Notes: generated by a model from the letters alone, not told the origin. Shown: positions 12,187 to 25,303, numbered from the whole stretch's first letter. The stretch is DNA of 63,807 nt, filler included, from Chiloscyllium plagiosum (GCF_004010195.1; 4 parts of one record of this genome joined end to end with filler, not necessarily neighbours in it); one strand, 5' to 3'. Program-made: numbers and translations.

Positions 12187-13467
12187 ATGAGCGGATACTG
12201 GTATAGTATTGTAACGTTAGTAGTGTTAACTGTTCAAGAAGGCGGGAAAAATCATTTCACTACACTATGCCAAAATTATGCTGAACAAGAGGGACTTGGC
12301 GACTGTTGTGTCTGTGCAGAGGTCCCACACCATGGCGAATCTGGAATCCCCACCTCGGTAATACCACTCACCAAAAGAGAAGTGTACGATGTATAACAAT
12401 TTGACTCAGGCTCAAATGATACAAAGTGGAGATCTGACAGGGGTAAATATAACTTTGCGGGATGGTTCCCTAGACCAGCCCCGAAAACTCTGGGTGCTAT
12501 CGATGGCCTTAGAGTTTCCCCACCGAAAGGAGCAGTAAATACCACCTGTTTCTGTAATCAGAATGATACTGCACCCTTCCAATTAGGAAAATCATCTTGT
12601 GTCTACACCAGCCAAGCCACTGCCACAACCATTCCCCGAATATTAAACGGATCATATTGGGTATGCGGCCTGAAGGCCTATCCATTTATTCCCGGGAAAA
12701 ATACATTCACGTGACCGAATGTATAGGAATCCATGCATGTTATGATGTTGATGAAACACTGCCTCAAAGCCAGAAAGGCTGGAGTGGCTGCTGTTACCTC
12801 GCTTATATAGTTCCTCACCTCCGATTAAGAAAAACATGAGCACAACCTGAGAAAGGAGGGGGGAACAAGCCGTAAGACCTGAGAGGTCTCTGAAGGAGAC
12901 TTCTGTTCTGGACACTATTCCCAAACTATGGCGCTGCAAGGGCAGGGGTAGAAATACAGAAACTGGCGGCTGTCCTTGAGAAGCTAATTAATGGTACCGC
13001 CGACGCAATGGGAGAAACTCAGTCCCAAATATCGGCCATAACCACCGAAATGATTGCCACAAGACTAACAGCTTTACAGAATCAAATGGCTTTTGACTAT
13101 CTCTTGGCCGAAAAAGGGAGAACCTGTGCTCTGATTGGTAAGGAATGCTGCACTTTCATCCCAGACACCTCTTCCATAGTGGAAGATAAGGAAGAAAAAG
13201 ATAAAAATTGGGGATGAACTTCGAAAAGATGAGGGATGGGGTGATTGGGGACTGACTGGTTGGGAAAAATGGTTAGTTAATTTAGGCATTTATGTATTAC
13301 TAATAATAGGAGGTCTATTGATAGGGTTTAATGTGTTAAAGTGGATAATGACTAAACTGGTAATGTCTTTGGGAGGACAACAATCAATAATGGTCATTAC
13401 AATAGCACAAGCGCAAGAAAGAGAGATTAGCAGATTACTCCTAGAGTTTGAAAAAAGACTGACTTAA
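12187..13467 (+). pseudogene. ERV env (gamma-type), disrupted
   Basis: Hydrophobic N-terminus; CxxC (CCVC) in SU; WSGCCYLAY; ISD-like LQNQMAFDYLLAEKG followed by CX6CC (CALIGKECC); hydrophobic TM segment near 13270-13345. Confidence 0.9.
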
Positions 13468-13574
13468 AAGGACAGAAATGGCTAGATTGTGAACCTCAGC
13501 ACCATAGGGTAAAAAGAGGGCAGAAAATATAATTGCAAAATCAACAACTGGTTAAAGAAAAGAAATGGGGGAAT

Positions 13575-14199
13575 TGTAAGAAATGGGGAAGTGTGTTGTT
13601 TTTGCAGAAATAGAAAAGCAAGAGAGTGTATGTGCAGAAAAGGGGGACAAGAAAAATATCAGCTAAGCAAGCATTAGGGAAGTGTGTCTTTATCTTTAAT
13701 GAATAATTGTGGATAATTAAATACTAACTTTAGTGCAGAATTATTAGGGTAAAGAATTAAATAATAGTCTCAGCAAAATAGCTGAGACAGCTGAAACGCA
13801 TAAACCAAGCATGAAAAGATACATTGTTAAAACGTATGTTCAAGAATGGAATGTATCTATGAACAATGGAAGATGTTACAAGCAAAGTAAAAGAACATCA
13901 AGATACAAGTTTAGCCTTATGTCAGCACTTACTGAGGGAAAGATTGCCAACTTGGAGAGAAGGGGGCAATAAGGGTGGAGCACAGATGGGCAGTGGCAGA
14001 ATACTAAGAAAGATTGGGTAATGTAAGAGTCGGGAGAGGTGACCTCACGCAGCTCAAAAGTATAACTGTGTACTAGTTTGAATGTTCATTGCTCAATTGC
14101 TTCTGCATTTGATGCCCTTTCTTGCAAGATCGTAGAATAAATTGTCTTGTTTCCAGTTTTGGTGGTCTCATCTAAATTTTATTAAACTTGTTTCTAACA
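13575..14199 (+). repeat. ERV 3' LTR (625 bp)
   Basis: Preceded by polypurine tract aaagaaaagaaatgggggaat; TGTAAGAAAT...GTTTCTAACA imperfect inverted ends; AATAAA at 14136-14141. Confidence 0.92.
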
Positions 14200-14250
14200 C
14201 AGCTCATCACCACTGACTCGGTCATCAAGCAACAACTTAGGATCAACTAA

Positions 14251-14586
14251 GGCAGCATGGTGGCTCAGTGGTTAGCACTGCTGCCTCACAGCATCAGGGA
14301 CCTGGGTTCAATTCTGGCCTTGGATGACTGTCCATGTGGAGTTTGCACATTCTCCCCACATCTGCATGGGTTTCTACCCGATGCTCCAGTTTTGTCCCAC
14401 ATTTCAAAATATGTGCATGTCAGGTGAATTGGCCATGCTAAGTTGCCAACAGTGTTAAGTGCATTTGTCATAGGTAAATGTAAGGAAATGAGTCTGGGTG
14501 GGTTACCCTTCAGAGAGTCAGTGTGGACTTGTTGGGCTGAAGAGCTTGATCCCAAACTGTAGGGGATCTAATCTAATCTAATCTAA
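14251..14586 (+). mobile_element. HE1-type V-SINE
   Basis: tRNA-like A/B boxes, V-domain, (aatct)n tail. Confidence 0.9.
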
Positions 14587-14859
14587 GGCAGTGAGCACTT
14601 AAGTACTGCAATTTAGGGAGTCAAACTAAGTTCTGAAGAGCTTGCAAAAAGCCACAGGATGAACTCAAAATTTCCAACAATTAATTGGAACACCTGAGTT
14701 TACTTTGTTCTCTCAATACATAGAGCTTGTTTTTTGAACCTCAATATTTCTAAAACAATAAACATTAAGATTAAAATTGCTTGAGGCAATGCAGGTCTGT
14801 ACAGACTGAACACTTCAGGTATGTTAGATGATGACTTTCAAAATCCAGATAAAAATAAA

Positions 14860-15785
14860 TGATATTGGTGGATGTGCAGGTAAAACTTTGATGGATGTGG
14901 AAGGCTCCTTTAGGGCCTTGGATGGAGGTGAGGGAGGAGGTGTGGGCGCAGGTTTTGCAATTCCTGCGGTGGCAGGGGAAGGTGCCAGGATGGGAGGGTG
15001 GGTTGAAGGNNNNNNNNNNNNNNNNNNNNNNNNNNNNNNNNNNNNNNNNNNNNNNNNNNNNNNNNNNNNNNNNNNNNNNNNNNNNNNNNNNNNNNNNNNN
15101 NNNNNNNNNNNNNNNNNNNNNNNNNNNNNNNNNNNNNNNNNNNNNNNNNNNNNNNNNNNNNNNNNNNNNNNNNNNNNNNNNNNNNNNNNNNNNNNNNNNN
15201 NNNNNNNNNNNNNNNNNNNNNNNNNNNNNNNNNNNNNNNNNNNNNNNNNNNNNNNNNNNNNNNNNNNNNNNNNNNNNNNNNNNNNNNNNNNNNNNNNNNN
15301 NNNNNNNNNNNNNNNNNNNNNNNNNNNNNNNNNNNNNNNNNNNNNNNNNNNNNNNNNNNNNNNNNNNNNNNNNNNNNNNNNNNNNNNNNNNNNNNNNNNN
15401 NNNNNNNNNNNNNNNNNNNNNNNNNNNNNNNNNNNNNNNNNNNNNNNNNNNNNNNNNNNNNNNNNNNNNNNNNNNNNNNNNNNNNNNNNNNNNNNNNNNN
15501 NNNNNNNNNNNNNNNNNNNNNNNNNNNNNNNNNNNNNNNNNNNNNNNNNNNNNNNNNNNNNCCCTCCCCCACTCACCTATTGTACTCTATGCTACTTTCT
15601 CCCCACACCCACCCTCCTCTTACTTATCTCTCCACCCTTCAGGCTCTCTGCCTGTATTCCTGATGAAGGGCTTTTGCCCGAAATGTCGATTTTACTGCTC
15701 CTCGGATGCTGCCTGAACTGCTGTGCTCTTCCAGCACTACTAATCCAGAATCTGGTTTCCAGCATCTGCAGTCATTGTTTTTACC
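14860..15785. mobile_element. Penelope-like element remnant spanning a gap (antisense fragment, then sense pLTR)
   Basis: pLTR with cctgatgaagggcttttgcccgaaatgtcgat hammerhead motif at 15656-15690. Confidence 0.75.
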
Positions 15786-15789
15786 ACAT

Positions 15790-16358
15790 AGATGCGATGG
15801 TCATGGCGGCACAATAAAGTCTCTTCTTCCTCAGGAGGCTTAGAAAATTCAGCACGTTGGTAAGGACCCTCACTAGCCTTTACAGATGCACCATAGAAAG
15901 TATTTTATCTGGGTGCATGACAGCTTGATATGACAACTGCTCTGCCCAGGACTGTAGGAGATGACAGAGTTTTGTACACAGCCCAGACCATCACAAAAGC
16001 CAACCTGCTATCCATGGACTCAATCTACACTTCTCATTGCCACAGAAAGGCTGCAAACATCAAAGATCCCTCCCACCCGATAATACTCTATTCCAACCTT
16101 TTCTGTCTAGCAAAAGACATAAAAGCTTGAACACACATACCCAGGTTCAAAAGCAGCTTCTTCCCTGCTGTTATTAGACTGCTGTATGGACCTGTCTAAT
16201 TTTAGTTTGGCTGATCTTGGTTTTGTGGGCCTCCTGTGCAACCGTAACTTTGTATGCCTTGCTATGCCCAAACACCCTAACTCTGTTTATGCTATGACTT
16301 GCCTGTACTGCTTGCACTGCACGTAGGTACATGTGACAACAGTAAATCAAATCAAATT
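15790..16358 (+). mobile_element. Rex1/Babar-like LINE 3' end
   Basis: LFFLRRLRKF...YRCTIESILSGCMTA.YDNC; short (aaatc)n tail near 16344-16357. Confidence 0.75.
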
Positions 16359-17059
16359 TCATAGTCCTTCCAAAATATCATCCCTCCTTACTGCAGTAAC
16401 TGACTCCCTATCTAATAATGCAGTATATAATTTTTACTGAGACTCCCTCCCCTATCTGAAAATCCTATAACCCAAATGTTAAAGTGCCAGTCTTGTCCTG
16501 CTTCAACCACATCTCTGTGATGAAACATCACTTTCATGTGTCAATCTACAAGTTTAACTCATCTACCTTATCTCTAAAACTCCCGGCTTTAAAGTAGAGG
16601 CCATTTAGCCAGGCCTGACTCCCTTGAAACACCATGTGGATGAATTCATTCTAGTTTGATTACTTTTCCAATTAATGCTGTGCTACTGTTAAACTAACAC
16701 ACTGTGACCCTTACCTTTGCTCAACTAATTTAAACTCATCCCAACAGTACCTTCAAACTCTTCCACAGGGAAGTTAGTTCCATTCTGGTTCAGGTGCAAA
16801 TTTTCATACTTGTTGAGTTTCCCTAGAAACAATCTGAATGATCCAGGAATCTAAAACCTTCCCTCCAGCACCAACTCGAGTATTCACTGCTCTGCTCTGC
16901 TCTGCTCTGCTCTTCTTCTCTGTTCATTAGCCTGTAGCATTGGAAGTAATCCTGAGATTACAACCTTCAAGGTCCTGCTTCTTAATCGACTGCCTAGTTC
17001 ACTGAACTCTTGATGCAACATCTCATCCTTCATTCCACTTATGACATTGATACCAAAGA

Positions 17060-19268
17060 CATAAATGTATCACAATCTCAATCTTGGAGAAAGGCCAACT
17101 TTGATGGTATTAAGCAAGAACTTTCAAAAGCTGATTGGGGGCAGATGTTCACATCACGGCTGGAAAATGGGAAGCCTTCAGAAATGAGATAACAAGAATC
17201 CAGAGAAAGTATATTCCTGTCAGGGTGAAAGGAAAGGCTGGTAGGTATGGGAATGCTGCATGACTAAAGACATTGCGGGTTTGGTTAAGAAAAAGAAGGA
17301 AGCAAATATAAGGTATAGACAGGATAGATCGAGTGAATCCTTAGAAGAGTATAAAGGCAGTAGGAGTATATTTAAGAGGGAAATCAGGAGGGCAAAAAGG
17401 GGACATGAGATAGCTTTGGCAAAGAGAATCAAGGAGAATCCAAAGGGTTTTTACAAATACATTAAGGGCAAAAGGGTAACTAGGGAGAGAATAGGGCCCC
17501 TCAAAAGATCAGCAAGGCAGCCTTTGTGTGGAGCCCCAGAAAATGGAGGAGATACTAAATGAGTATTTTGCATCAGTATTTACTGTGGAAAAGGATATGG
17601 AAGATATAGACTGTAGGGAAATAGATGGTGACATCTTGCAAAATGTCCAGATTACAGAGGAGGAAGTGGTGGATGTCTTGTAATGGGTAAACGTAGATAA
17701 ATCAGCAGGACCTGATCAGGTGTACCTGAGAACTCTGTGGGAAGTTAGAGAAGTGATTGCTGGGCTTCTTGCTGAGATATTTGATCATCGATAGTCACAG
17801 GTGAGGTGCTAGAAGACTGGAGGTTGGCAAACGTAGTTCCACTGTTTAAGAAGGGTGGTAAGGACAAGCCAGGGAACTATAGACCAGTGAGCATGACCTC
17901 GGTGGTGGGCAAGTTGTTGGAGGAAATCCTGAGGGACAGGGTGTACATGTATTTGGAAAGGCAAGGACTGATTCGGGATAGTCAACATGGCTTTGTGCGT
18001 GGGAAATCGTGTCTCACAAACTTAATTGAGTTTTTTGAAGAAGTTGCAAAGAGGATTGATGAGGGCAAAGTGGTAGATGTGATCTTATGAACTTCAGTAA
18101 GGCATTCGACAAGGTTCCCCATAGGAGACTGATTAGCAAGGTTAGATCTCATGGAATACATGGAGAAGTAGCCATTTGGATATAGAAGTGGCTCAAAGGT
18201 AGAAGACAGAGGGTGATGGTAGTGGAGGGTTGTTTTTCAGACTGGAGGCCTGAAAAGCAGTGGAGTGCCACAAGGATCGGTGTGGGTCCTCTACTTTTTG
18301 TTATTTACATAAATGATTTGGATGCGAGCATAAGAGGTACAGTTACTAAGTTTGCAGATGACATCAAAATTGGAGGTGTAGTGGACAGCGAAGAGGATTA
18401 CCTCAGATTACAACAGGATCTTGACCAGATGGGCCAATGACTGAGAAGTGGCAGATGTAGTTTAATTCAGATAAATGCGAGGTGCTGCATTTTGGGAAAG
18501 CAAATCTTAGCAGGACTTATACACTTAATGTTAAGGTCCTAGGGAGTGTTGCTGAACAAAGAAACCTTGGAGTGCAGATTCATAGTTCCTTGAAAGTGGA
18601 ATCACAGGTATATAGGATAGTGAAGGCAGCATTTGGTATCCTTTCCTTTTATTGGTCCGAGTATTGAGTACAGGAGTTGGGAGTTCATGTTGCGGCTGTA
18701 CAGGACATTGGTTAGGCCACTGTTGGAATTCTGGTGCAATTCTGGTCTCCTTCCTATCGGAAAGATTTTGTGAAACTTGAAAGGATTCAGAAAAGATATA
18801 CAAGGATGTTGCAAGGGTTGGAGGATTTCAGTTATAGGGAGAGGTTGAACAGGCTGGGGCTGTTTTCCCTGGAGCAGTGGAGGCTCAGTGGTGACCTTAT
18901 AAAGGTTTATAAAATTATGAGGGACATGGATAAGATAAATCGACAAAGTCTTCTCCCTGAGGTCAGGGAGTCCAGAAATAGACGGCATAGGTTTAGGGTG
19001 AGAGGGGAAAGAAATAAAATAGACCCAAGGGGCAACTTTTTCACACAGAGGGTGGTATGGGTATGAAATGAGCTGACAGAGGAAGTGGAGGAGACTGGTA
19101 CAATTGCAACATTTAAGAGGCATTTGGATGGTATATGAATAGGAAGGGTTTGGAAGGATATAGGCCAGGTGCTGGCAGGTGGGACTAGATTGGGTTGGGA
19201 CATCTGGTCACATGGATGGGTTGGACCGAAGGGTCTGTTTCCATGCTGTACATCTCTATGATTCTATC
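17060..19268 (+). mobile_element. CR1 LINE ORF2 (linker + RT + 3'UTR), 5'-truncated
   Basis: NPKGFYKYI, GNYRPVS, QHGFVRGKSCLTNL, KFADD, FFTQRVV; tail ctctatgattctat. Confidence 0.95.
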
Positions 19269-19720
19269 ACTGCCCTCTTCAGGATGCCCTGCAGCTGTAC
19301 TGGAATCCAGTGACAACCTTGACCTTGGCACCAGAGAGGCAATACACCATTTTGGAGTCACATCTGCAGACACAGAACCACCTGTCTGTTACCCTAATGA
19401 ATCCCCTAAAACTCTTGCTCCCGATTTCTTCTTCCTCCCCTTCTGTAAAGTCAGGCTACTTGTTATATCAGAAGTCTGGCTCTGACTGTATTTCCTTAAG
19501 GTACCAGCACCATCCTTAGCTTTCAGAATGGAAAACTGATATGTCAGCCAGACCTCACGGGACTCCTGCACTACCCATCTATTTCTCTTTGACTGCCTGG
19601 TGGTCACCCATTCCCTTCTTTTATTCAGTACCTTCATCAGTGACCACCTCTCTAAACATTGCTATCCTCGAACCTCTCAGCCTCACATTTATGCCAGTGT
19701 CCACAGTCACCCCTCAAGTT
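19269..19720 (-). mobile_element. Decayed CR1 ORF1 fragment
   Basis: EWVTTRQSKR and ARVLGDS, plus a ...GAKVK-type esterase remnant. Confidence 0.65.
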
Positions 19721-19732
19721 TCAAAATCTTTA

Positions 19733-20050
19733 TAGAATCCCTACAGTGTGGAAACAGGCCATTTGGCCCAACAAATCCACACCGATCTCTCAAGAGTATC
19801 ACGTGCAAACCCATTCCCCTACCCTAATACACTACATTTCCTCTGACTAATGGACCTAACCTAAACATTCCTTAACGCTATTGGAAATTTAGCATGGCCA
19901 ATTCACCTAACCTGCACATCATTGGACTGTGGGAGGAAACCCATGCAGACACGGGAAAAATGTGTAAACACCCACAGTCAGTTGCACAAGGCTGGAATCG
20001 AACCCAGATCCCTGGGGTTGCGAGGCAAAAGTACTAACCAACATGCCCAC
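19733..20050 (-). mobile_element. HE1-type V-SINE (diverged)
   Basis: Reverse complement of the HE1 head, V-domain and 3' end. Confidence 0.85.
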
Positions 20051-20234
20051 CTATCTGGAGCTCACGTTTGAGCAGTGGAGAGGACTTCCTGCACAAGTGG
20101 TCAACTAGCACACTGTTTTGATCCATTGTTCCCCATGTGTCACAGGGCACACATTCCAGTCAGCTGCCCTCGTTTGCCATAATATAAACTTCCTTAATAA
20201 TCCTTAGACTTCCTTACTCTACCTAAAATAGCAT

Positions 20235-20550
20235 TAGATTAGATTAGATTAGATTACAGTGTGGAAACAGGCCCTTCGGCCCAACAAGTCCACACCGACC
20301 CGCCGAAGCGAAACCCACCCATACCCCTACATTTACCCCTTACCTAACACTACGGGCAATTTAGCATGGCCAATTCACCTGACCCTGCACATCTTTTGGA
20401 CTGTGGGAGGAAACCGGAGCACCCGGAGGAAACCCACGCAGACACGGGGAGAACGTGCAAACTCCACACAGTCAGTCGCCTGAGGCGGGAATTGAACCCG
20501 GGTCTCAGGCGCTGTGAGGCAGCAGTGCTAACCACTGTGCCACCGTGCCG
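20235..20550 (-). mobile_element. HE1-type V-SINE (young, full length)
   Basis: Very similar to the copies at 24987 and 27998; (agatt)n tail. Confidence 0.95.
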
Positions 20551-20843
20551 CATTCTAATTAGACACAGCATTCTAATTAGCCAAAGCACAAGACTGATGT
20601 CATCCAATTAAAATACAGGAAATGTCCAGCCAAGCGATCAGATGAGGAGGATAATATAAAGTGAGGAGACATTAAACACAATGACCAAAGTATGTATTTG
20701 CACAGTGATACCAACAGCAGCCTTTACCATAATCCAGATTACATATCCACAAATGCAGGATCAGCATAACCTATAAGTAAAACTGGATTCCAGTACAATG
20801 CAATCATTCTTTCACACTGAAATGGGATATTCCTATAGATAGT

Positions 20844-20963
20844 CGGGCGGCACGGTGGCACAGTGGTTAGCACTGCTGCCTCACAGCGCCAGAGACCTAG
20901 GTTCAATTCCTGCCTCAGGCGACTGACTGTGTGGAGTTTGCACATTCTCCCTGTTTCTGCGTG
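20844..20963 (+). mobile_element. HE1 SINE 5' half, interrupted by CR1
   Basis: Head and start of V-domain, then abrupt switch into CR1 endonuclease. Confidence 0.9.
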
Positions 20964-21876
20964 AACTTGCAGCGTGGGTTGGTACCTGGGACTTCGATGT
21001 TGTGGCTATTACGGAGACATGGCTAGAACAGGGACAGGATTGGCTGTTGCAGGTTCCAGGATTTAAATGTTTTAGTAGGGTCAGAGGTGGGGGTAAAAGA
21101 GGGGGAGGTGTGGCATTGCTTGTCAAAGATAGTATTACAGTGGTGGAAAGGACGATGGATGAGGACTTGCCATCTGAGGTAGTTTGGGCTGAGGTTAGGA
21201 ATAGGAAAGGTGAGGTCACCCTGTTAGGAGTCTTTTACAGGCCTCCAAATAGTCCTAGAATCATTGAAGAAAGGATAGGGAAGGTGATTCAGGAGATGAG
21301 TGACAGTAATAGGGTGGTTGTGATGGGGGACTTTAACTTTCCTGATATTGATTGGGAAAGCTATACCTCAAGTTCGTTAGATGGGTCAGTGCTTGTTCAA
21401 TGTGTGCAGGAGAGTTTCCTGACACAATATGTAGACAGGCCAACAAGAGGTGAGGCCATACTGGATTTGGGTCTGGGTAACGAACCAGGCCAGGTGTTAG
21501 AATTAGAGGTAGGTGAGCAATTTGGGGATAGTGACCATAATTCGGTGATTTTTACTCTCGTGATGGAGAGGGATAAGTGTCTACTACAGGGCAAGAGTTA
21601 TAGCTGGGGTCAGGGAAATTATGATGCGGTGAGGCATGACTTAGGATGTGTGGCTTGGAAAAGTAGACTCCAAGGCAAGAGTGTAAATGATATGTGGAAC
21701 TTGTTCAAGGGGCAACTATTGAGTGTCCTTGATAATTATGTACCTGTCAGGCAGAGAGGAAAGGGTCGTGCGAGGGAGCCGTGGTTTAATAAGGAATTGG
21801 AATCCCTTGTTAAATGGAAGAGGGCGGCCTATCCCAAGATGAGACGTGAAGGTTCAATGGGGGCGATTGAGAGTTA
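20964..21876 (+). mobile_element. Young CR1, APE endonuclease domain (open frame running into gap)
   Basis: ITETWL, GGGVALL, FYRPP, VVMGDFN, LDL, GDSDHN. Confidence 0.95.
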
Positions 21877-21976
21877 NNNNNNNNNNNNNNNNNNNNNNNN
21901 NNNNNNNNNNNNNNNNNNNNTTAATTAATTAANNNNNNNNNNNNNNNNNNNNNNNNNNNNNNNNNNNNNNNNNNNN
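21877..21976. other. Artificial assembly spacer
   Basis: 44 N + TTAATTAATTAA (stops in six frames) + 44 N. Confidence 0.95.
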
Positions 21977-22230
21977 CCCCCACCCCCGTCTGACCTATCA
22001 CCCTCACCTTGACCTCTTTCCACCTATCACATTTCCGACGCCCCTCCCCCAAGTCCCTCCTCCCTACCTTTTATCTTAGCCTGCTGGACAAACTTTCCCC
22101 ATTTCTGAAGAAGGGCTTATGCCCGAAACGTCGATTCTCCTGTTCCCTGGATTCTGCCTGACCTGCTGCGCTTTTCCAGCAACACATTTCCAGCTCTGAT
22201 CTCCAGCATCTGCAGACCTCACTTTCTCCT
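21977..22230 (+). mobile_element. Penelope-like pLTR (3' end)
   Basis: Nearly the same as 32600-32838 and 43030-43225. Confidence 0.9.
22101..22136 (+). ncRNA. Minimal hammerhead ribozyme motif (Penelope type)
   Basis: CUGAAGA-A-GGGC-UUAU-GCCC-GAAA-CGUC: intact core, 4-bp helix II, palindromic ACGU helix III. Confidence 0.8.
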
Positions 22231-22987
22231 ATATCTATCACGACTCAATTTAAAACTATGCCCCCTCGTGCTGACATCACCATCTGAAGAAAAAGGCTCT
22301 CACTGTCCACCCTAACACTCTGATCATCATAAATATGTCTCAATTAAGTCACTGTCAACCTTCTTCTCACACAAAAAAAAGCCTCAAATGCCTCAGCCTT
22401 TCCTCATAAGACCATCCTCCATTCCAGGCAACATCCTGGTAAATCTCCTCTGAACCCTCTCCAAAGCTTCCTCATCCTTCCTATAATGCAGTGACCAGAG
22501 ATATACACAATACGTTAAGTGGTGCCACACAGAGTTTTGTACAGCTGCAGCATAACCCCATGGTTCCAAACATCAATCCCTCTACTAATAAAAGCTAACA
22601 CACCGTATGCCTTCTTAACAACCTTGTCAACCTGAATGGCAACTTTCAGGGACCCATGTACATGGACACAGAGATCCCTCTGTTCATCTACACTACCAAG
22701 AATTGTACCATTAGTCCAGTACAGGTACTCTGCATTACTTTTGCCCCTTCCAAAGTGAATCACTTCACACTTTTCCACATTAAACTCCATTTGCCACCTC
22801 TCAGCCCAGCTCTGCAGCTTATCGATGTCCCTCTGTCACCTGCAACATTCTTTGGCACTATCCACAACTCTACCAACCTTTGTGTCATCCGCAAATTTAA
22901 TAACCAATCTTTCTATGCCCTCATCCAGGTCATTTATAAAAAAAGGACAAACAGCAGTGGCCCCAAAACAGATCCTGTGGTACACTA

Positions 22988-24372
22988 GAAGAGGAGAGTG
23001 TGAAATGGACTGGTAAGCTAGAAGAGATACCTGTTAGGAAGGAAGATGTGTTGGACATTTTGAACAACTTGAGGATAGACAAATCCCCCGGGCCTGACGG
23101 GATATATCCTAGGATTATGTGGGAAGCAAGAGAGGAAATTGCAGTACCGTTGGCAATGATCTTCTCGTCTTCACTGGCAACGGGGGTGGTACCAGGGGAC
23201 TGGAGAGTAGTGAATGTTGTGCCCCTGTTCAAAAAAGGGAATAGGGATAACCCCGGGAATTACAGGCCTGTTAGTCTTACTTCTGTGGTAGGCAAAGTAA
23301 TGGAAAGGGTACTGAGGGATAGGATTTATGAGTATCTGGAAAGACACTGCTTGATTAGGGACAGCCAGCACGGATTTGTGAAGGGTAGGTCTTGCCTTAC
23401 AAGTCTTATTGAATTCTTCGAGGAGGTGACCAAGCATGTGGATGAGGGAAGAGCAGTGGATGTAGTGTACATGGATTTTAGTAAGGCATTTGATAAGGTT
23501 CCCCATGGTAGGCCTATGCGGAAAGTCAGGAGGCATGGGAGAGAGGGAAATTTGGCCAATTGGATAGAAAACTGGCTAACCGGTCGAAGGCAGAGAGTGG
23601 TGGTAGATGGTAAATATTCAGCCTGGAGCCCAGTTACAAGTGGAGTTCCGCAGGGATCAGTACTGGGTCGTCTACTTTTTGTCATTTACATAAATGATTT
23701 GNNNNNNNNNNNNNNNNNNNNNNNNNNNNNNNNNNNNNNNNNNNNNNNNNNNNNNNNNNNNNNNNNNNNNNNNNNNNNNNNNNNNNNNNNNNNNNNNNNN
23801 NNNNNNNNNNNNNNNNNNNNNNNNNNNNNNNNNNNNNNNNNNNNNNNNNNNNNNNNNNNNNNNNNNNNNNNNNNNNNNNNNNNNNNNNNNNNNNNNNNNN
23901 NNNNNNNNNNNNNNNNNNNNNNNNNNNNNNNNNNNNNNNNNNNNNNNNNNNNNNNNNNNNNNNNNNNNNNNNAGTCGTACGAGGATAGTTTGAGAGTTCT
24001 CGGCCTTTTCTCGTTGGAACGGCGAAGGATGAGGGGTGACTTGATGGAGGTTTATAAGATGATCAGAGGAATAGATAGAGTATACAGTCAGAAACTTTTT
24101 CCCCGGGTACAACAGAGTGTTACAAGGGGACATAAATTTAAGGTGAAGGGTGGAAGGTATAGGGAAGATGTCAGGGGTGGGTTCTTTACCCAGAGAGTGG
24201 TGGGGGCATGGAATGCGCTGCCCGTGGGAGTGGTAGAGTCGGAATCATTGGCGACCTTTAAGCGGCATTTGGATAGGTACATGGATGGGTACTTAATCTA
24301 GGTTAGAAGTTCGGCACAACATCGTGGGCCGAAGGGCCTGTTCTGTGCTGTATTGTTCTATGTTCTATGTTC
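22988..24372 (+). mobile_element. Young 5'-truncated CR1 with TSD
   Basis: Open RT frame on both sides of a gap; (ttctatg)n tail; TSD TACACTA at 22981-22987 and 24373-24379. Confidence 0.95.
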
Positions 24373-24986
24373 TACACTATTAGTAACTGAACTCCAGGAT
24401 GATCATTTCCCATTAACCACCACCCTGTGTTCTTTCAGCTAGCCAATTTTTGATCCAAACTGATAAAGTACCCTCAATCCCATGCCTCCATATTTTGTGC
24501 AATAGTCTACCATGGGGAACTTTATCAAACATCTTACTGAAATCCATATACACCACATCAACCGCTATCCACCTGTTCGGTCACCTTCTCAAAGAATATC
24601 CAAAGGTTTGTGAAGCACAACTCACACTTCACAAAACCATATTGATTATCCCTAATCAACTTATTCCTTTCTAGATGATTATAAATCCTATATCTCTTAT
24701 AACCTTTTCCAACACTTTACACAAAACCAAAAGTAAAGCTCCCTGGCCTTTAAGTACCCGGACTGTCTCTATTCCCCTTCCTGAACAAGGGAACAACATT
24801 TGCTATCCTCCAGTCTTCTGGCATTATTCTTGTAGACAATGACGACAAAAATATCAAAGCCAAAGGCTCTGCAATCTTCTCCCTGCCTTCCCAGAGAATC
24901 AGAGGGTAAATCACATCCCAGGGGACTTAATATATTTTCACGCTTTCTAGAATTGCTAATACCTCCGTGTGAACTGCAATCCCATG

Positions 24987-25303
24987 ATTAGATTAGATTA
25001 CTTACAGTGTGGAAACAGGCCCTTCGGCCCAACAAGTCCACACCGACCCGCCGAAGCGCAACCCACCCATACCCCTACATTTACCCCTTTTAACCTAACA
25101 CTACGAGCAATTTAGCATGGCCAATTCACCTAACCCGCACATCTTTGTGACTGTGGGAGGAAACCGGAGCACCCGGAGGAAACCCACGCAGACACGGGGA
25201 GAATGTGCAAACTCCACACAGTCAGTCGCCTGAGTCGGGAATTGAACCCGGATCTCTAGCGCTGTGAGGCAGCAGTGCTAACCACTGTGCCACCGTGCCG
25301 CCC
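24987..25303 (-). mobile_element. HE1-type V-SINE (young)
   Basis: Full head, V-domain and (agatt)n tail. Confidence 0.95.

Larger units (their letters stand above)
9215..14199 (+). mobile_element. Defective class I (gamma/epsilon-like) endogenous retrovirus
   Basis: TG...CA termini with CAGC 4-bp TSD (9211-9214 and 14200-14203); gag Zn knuckle, protease, RNase H, integrase, env, PPT and 3' LTR in canonical order. Confidence 0.95.

Noticed and set aside
12187..13467. Domesticated syncytin-like env gene
   Set aside because: Multiple frameshifts and stops; still embedded in a decayed provirus.
14824..15817. Long ORFs across N runs (also 23672-24133, 32243-32612, 34510-35592)
   Set aside because: Length comes from gap characters.
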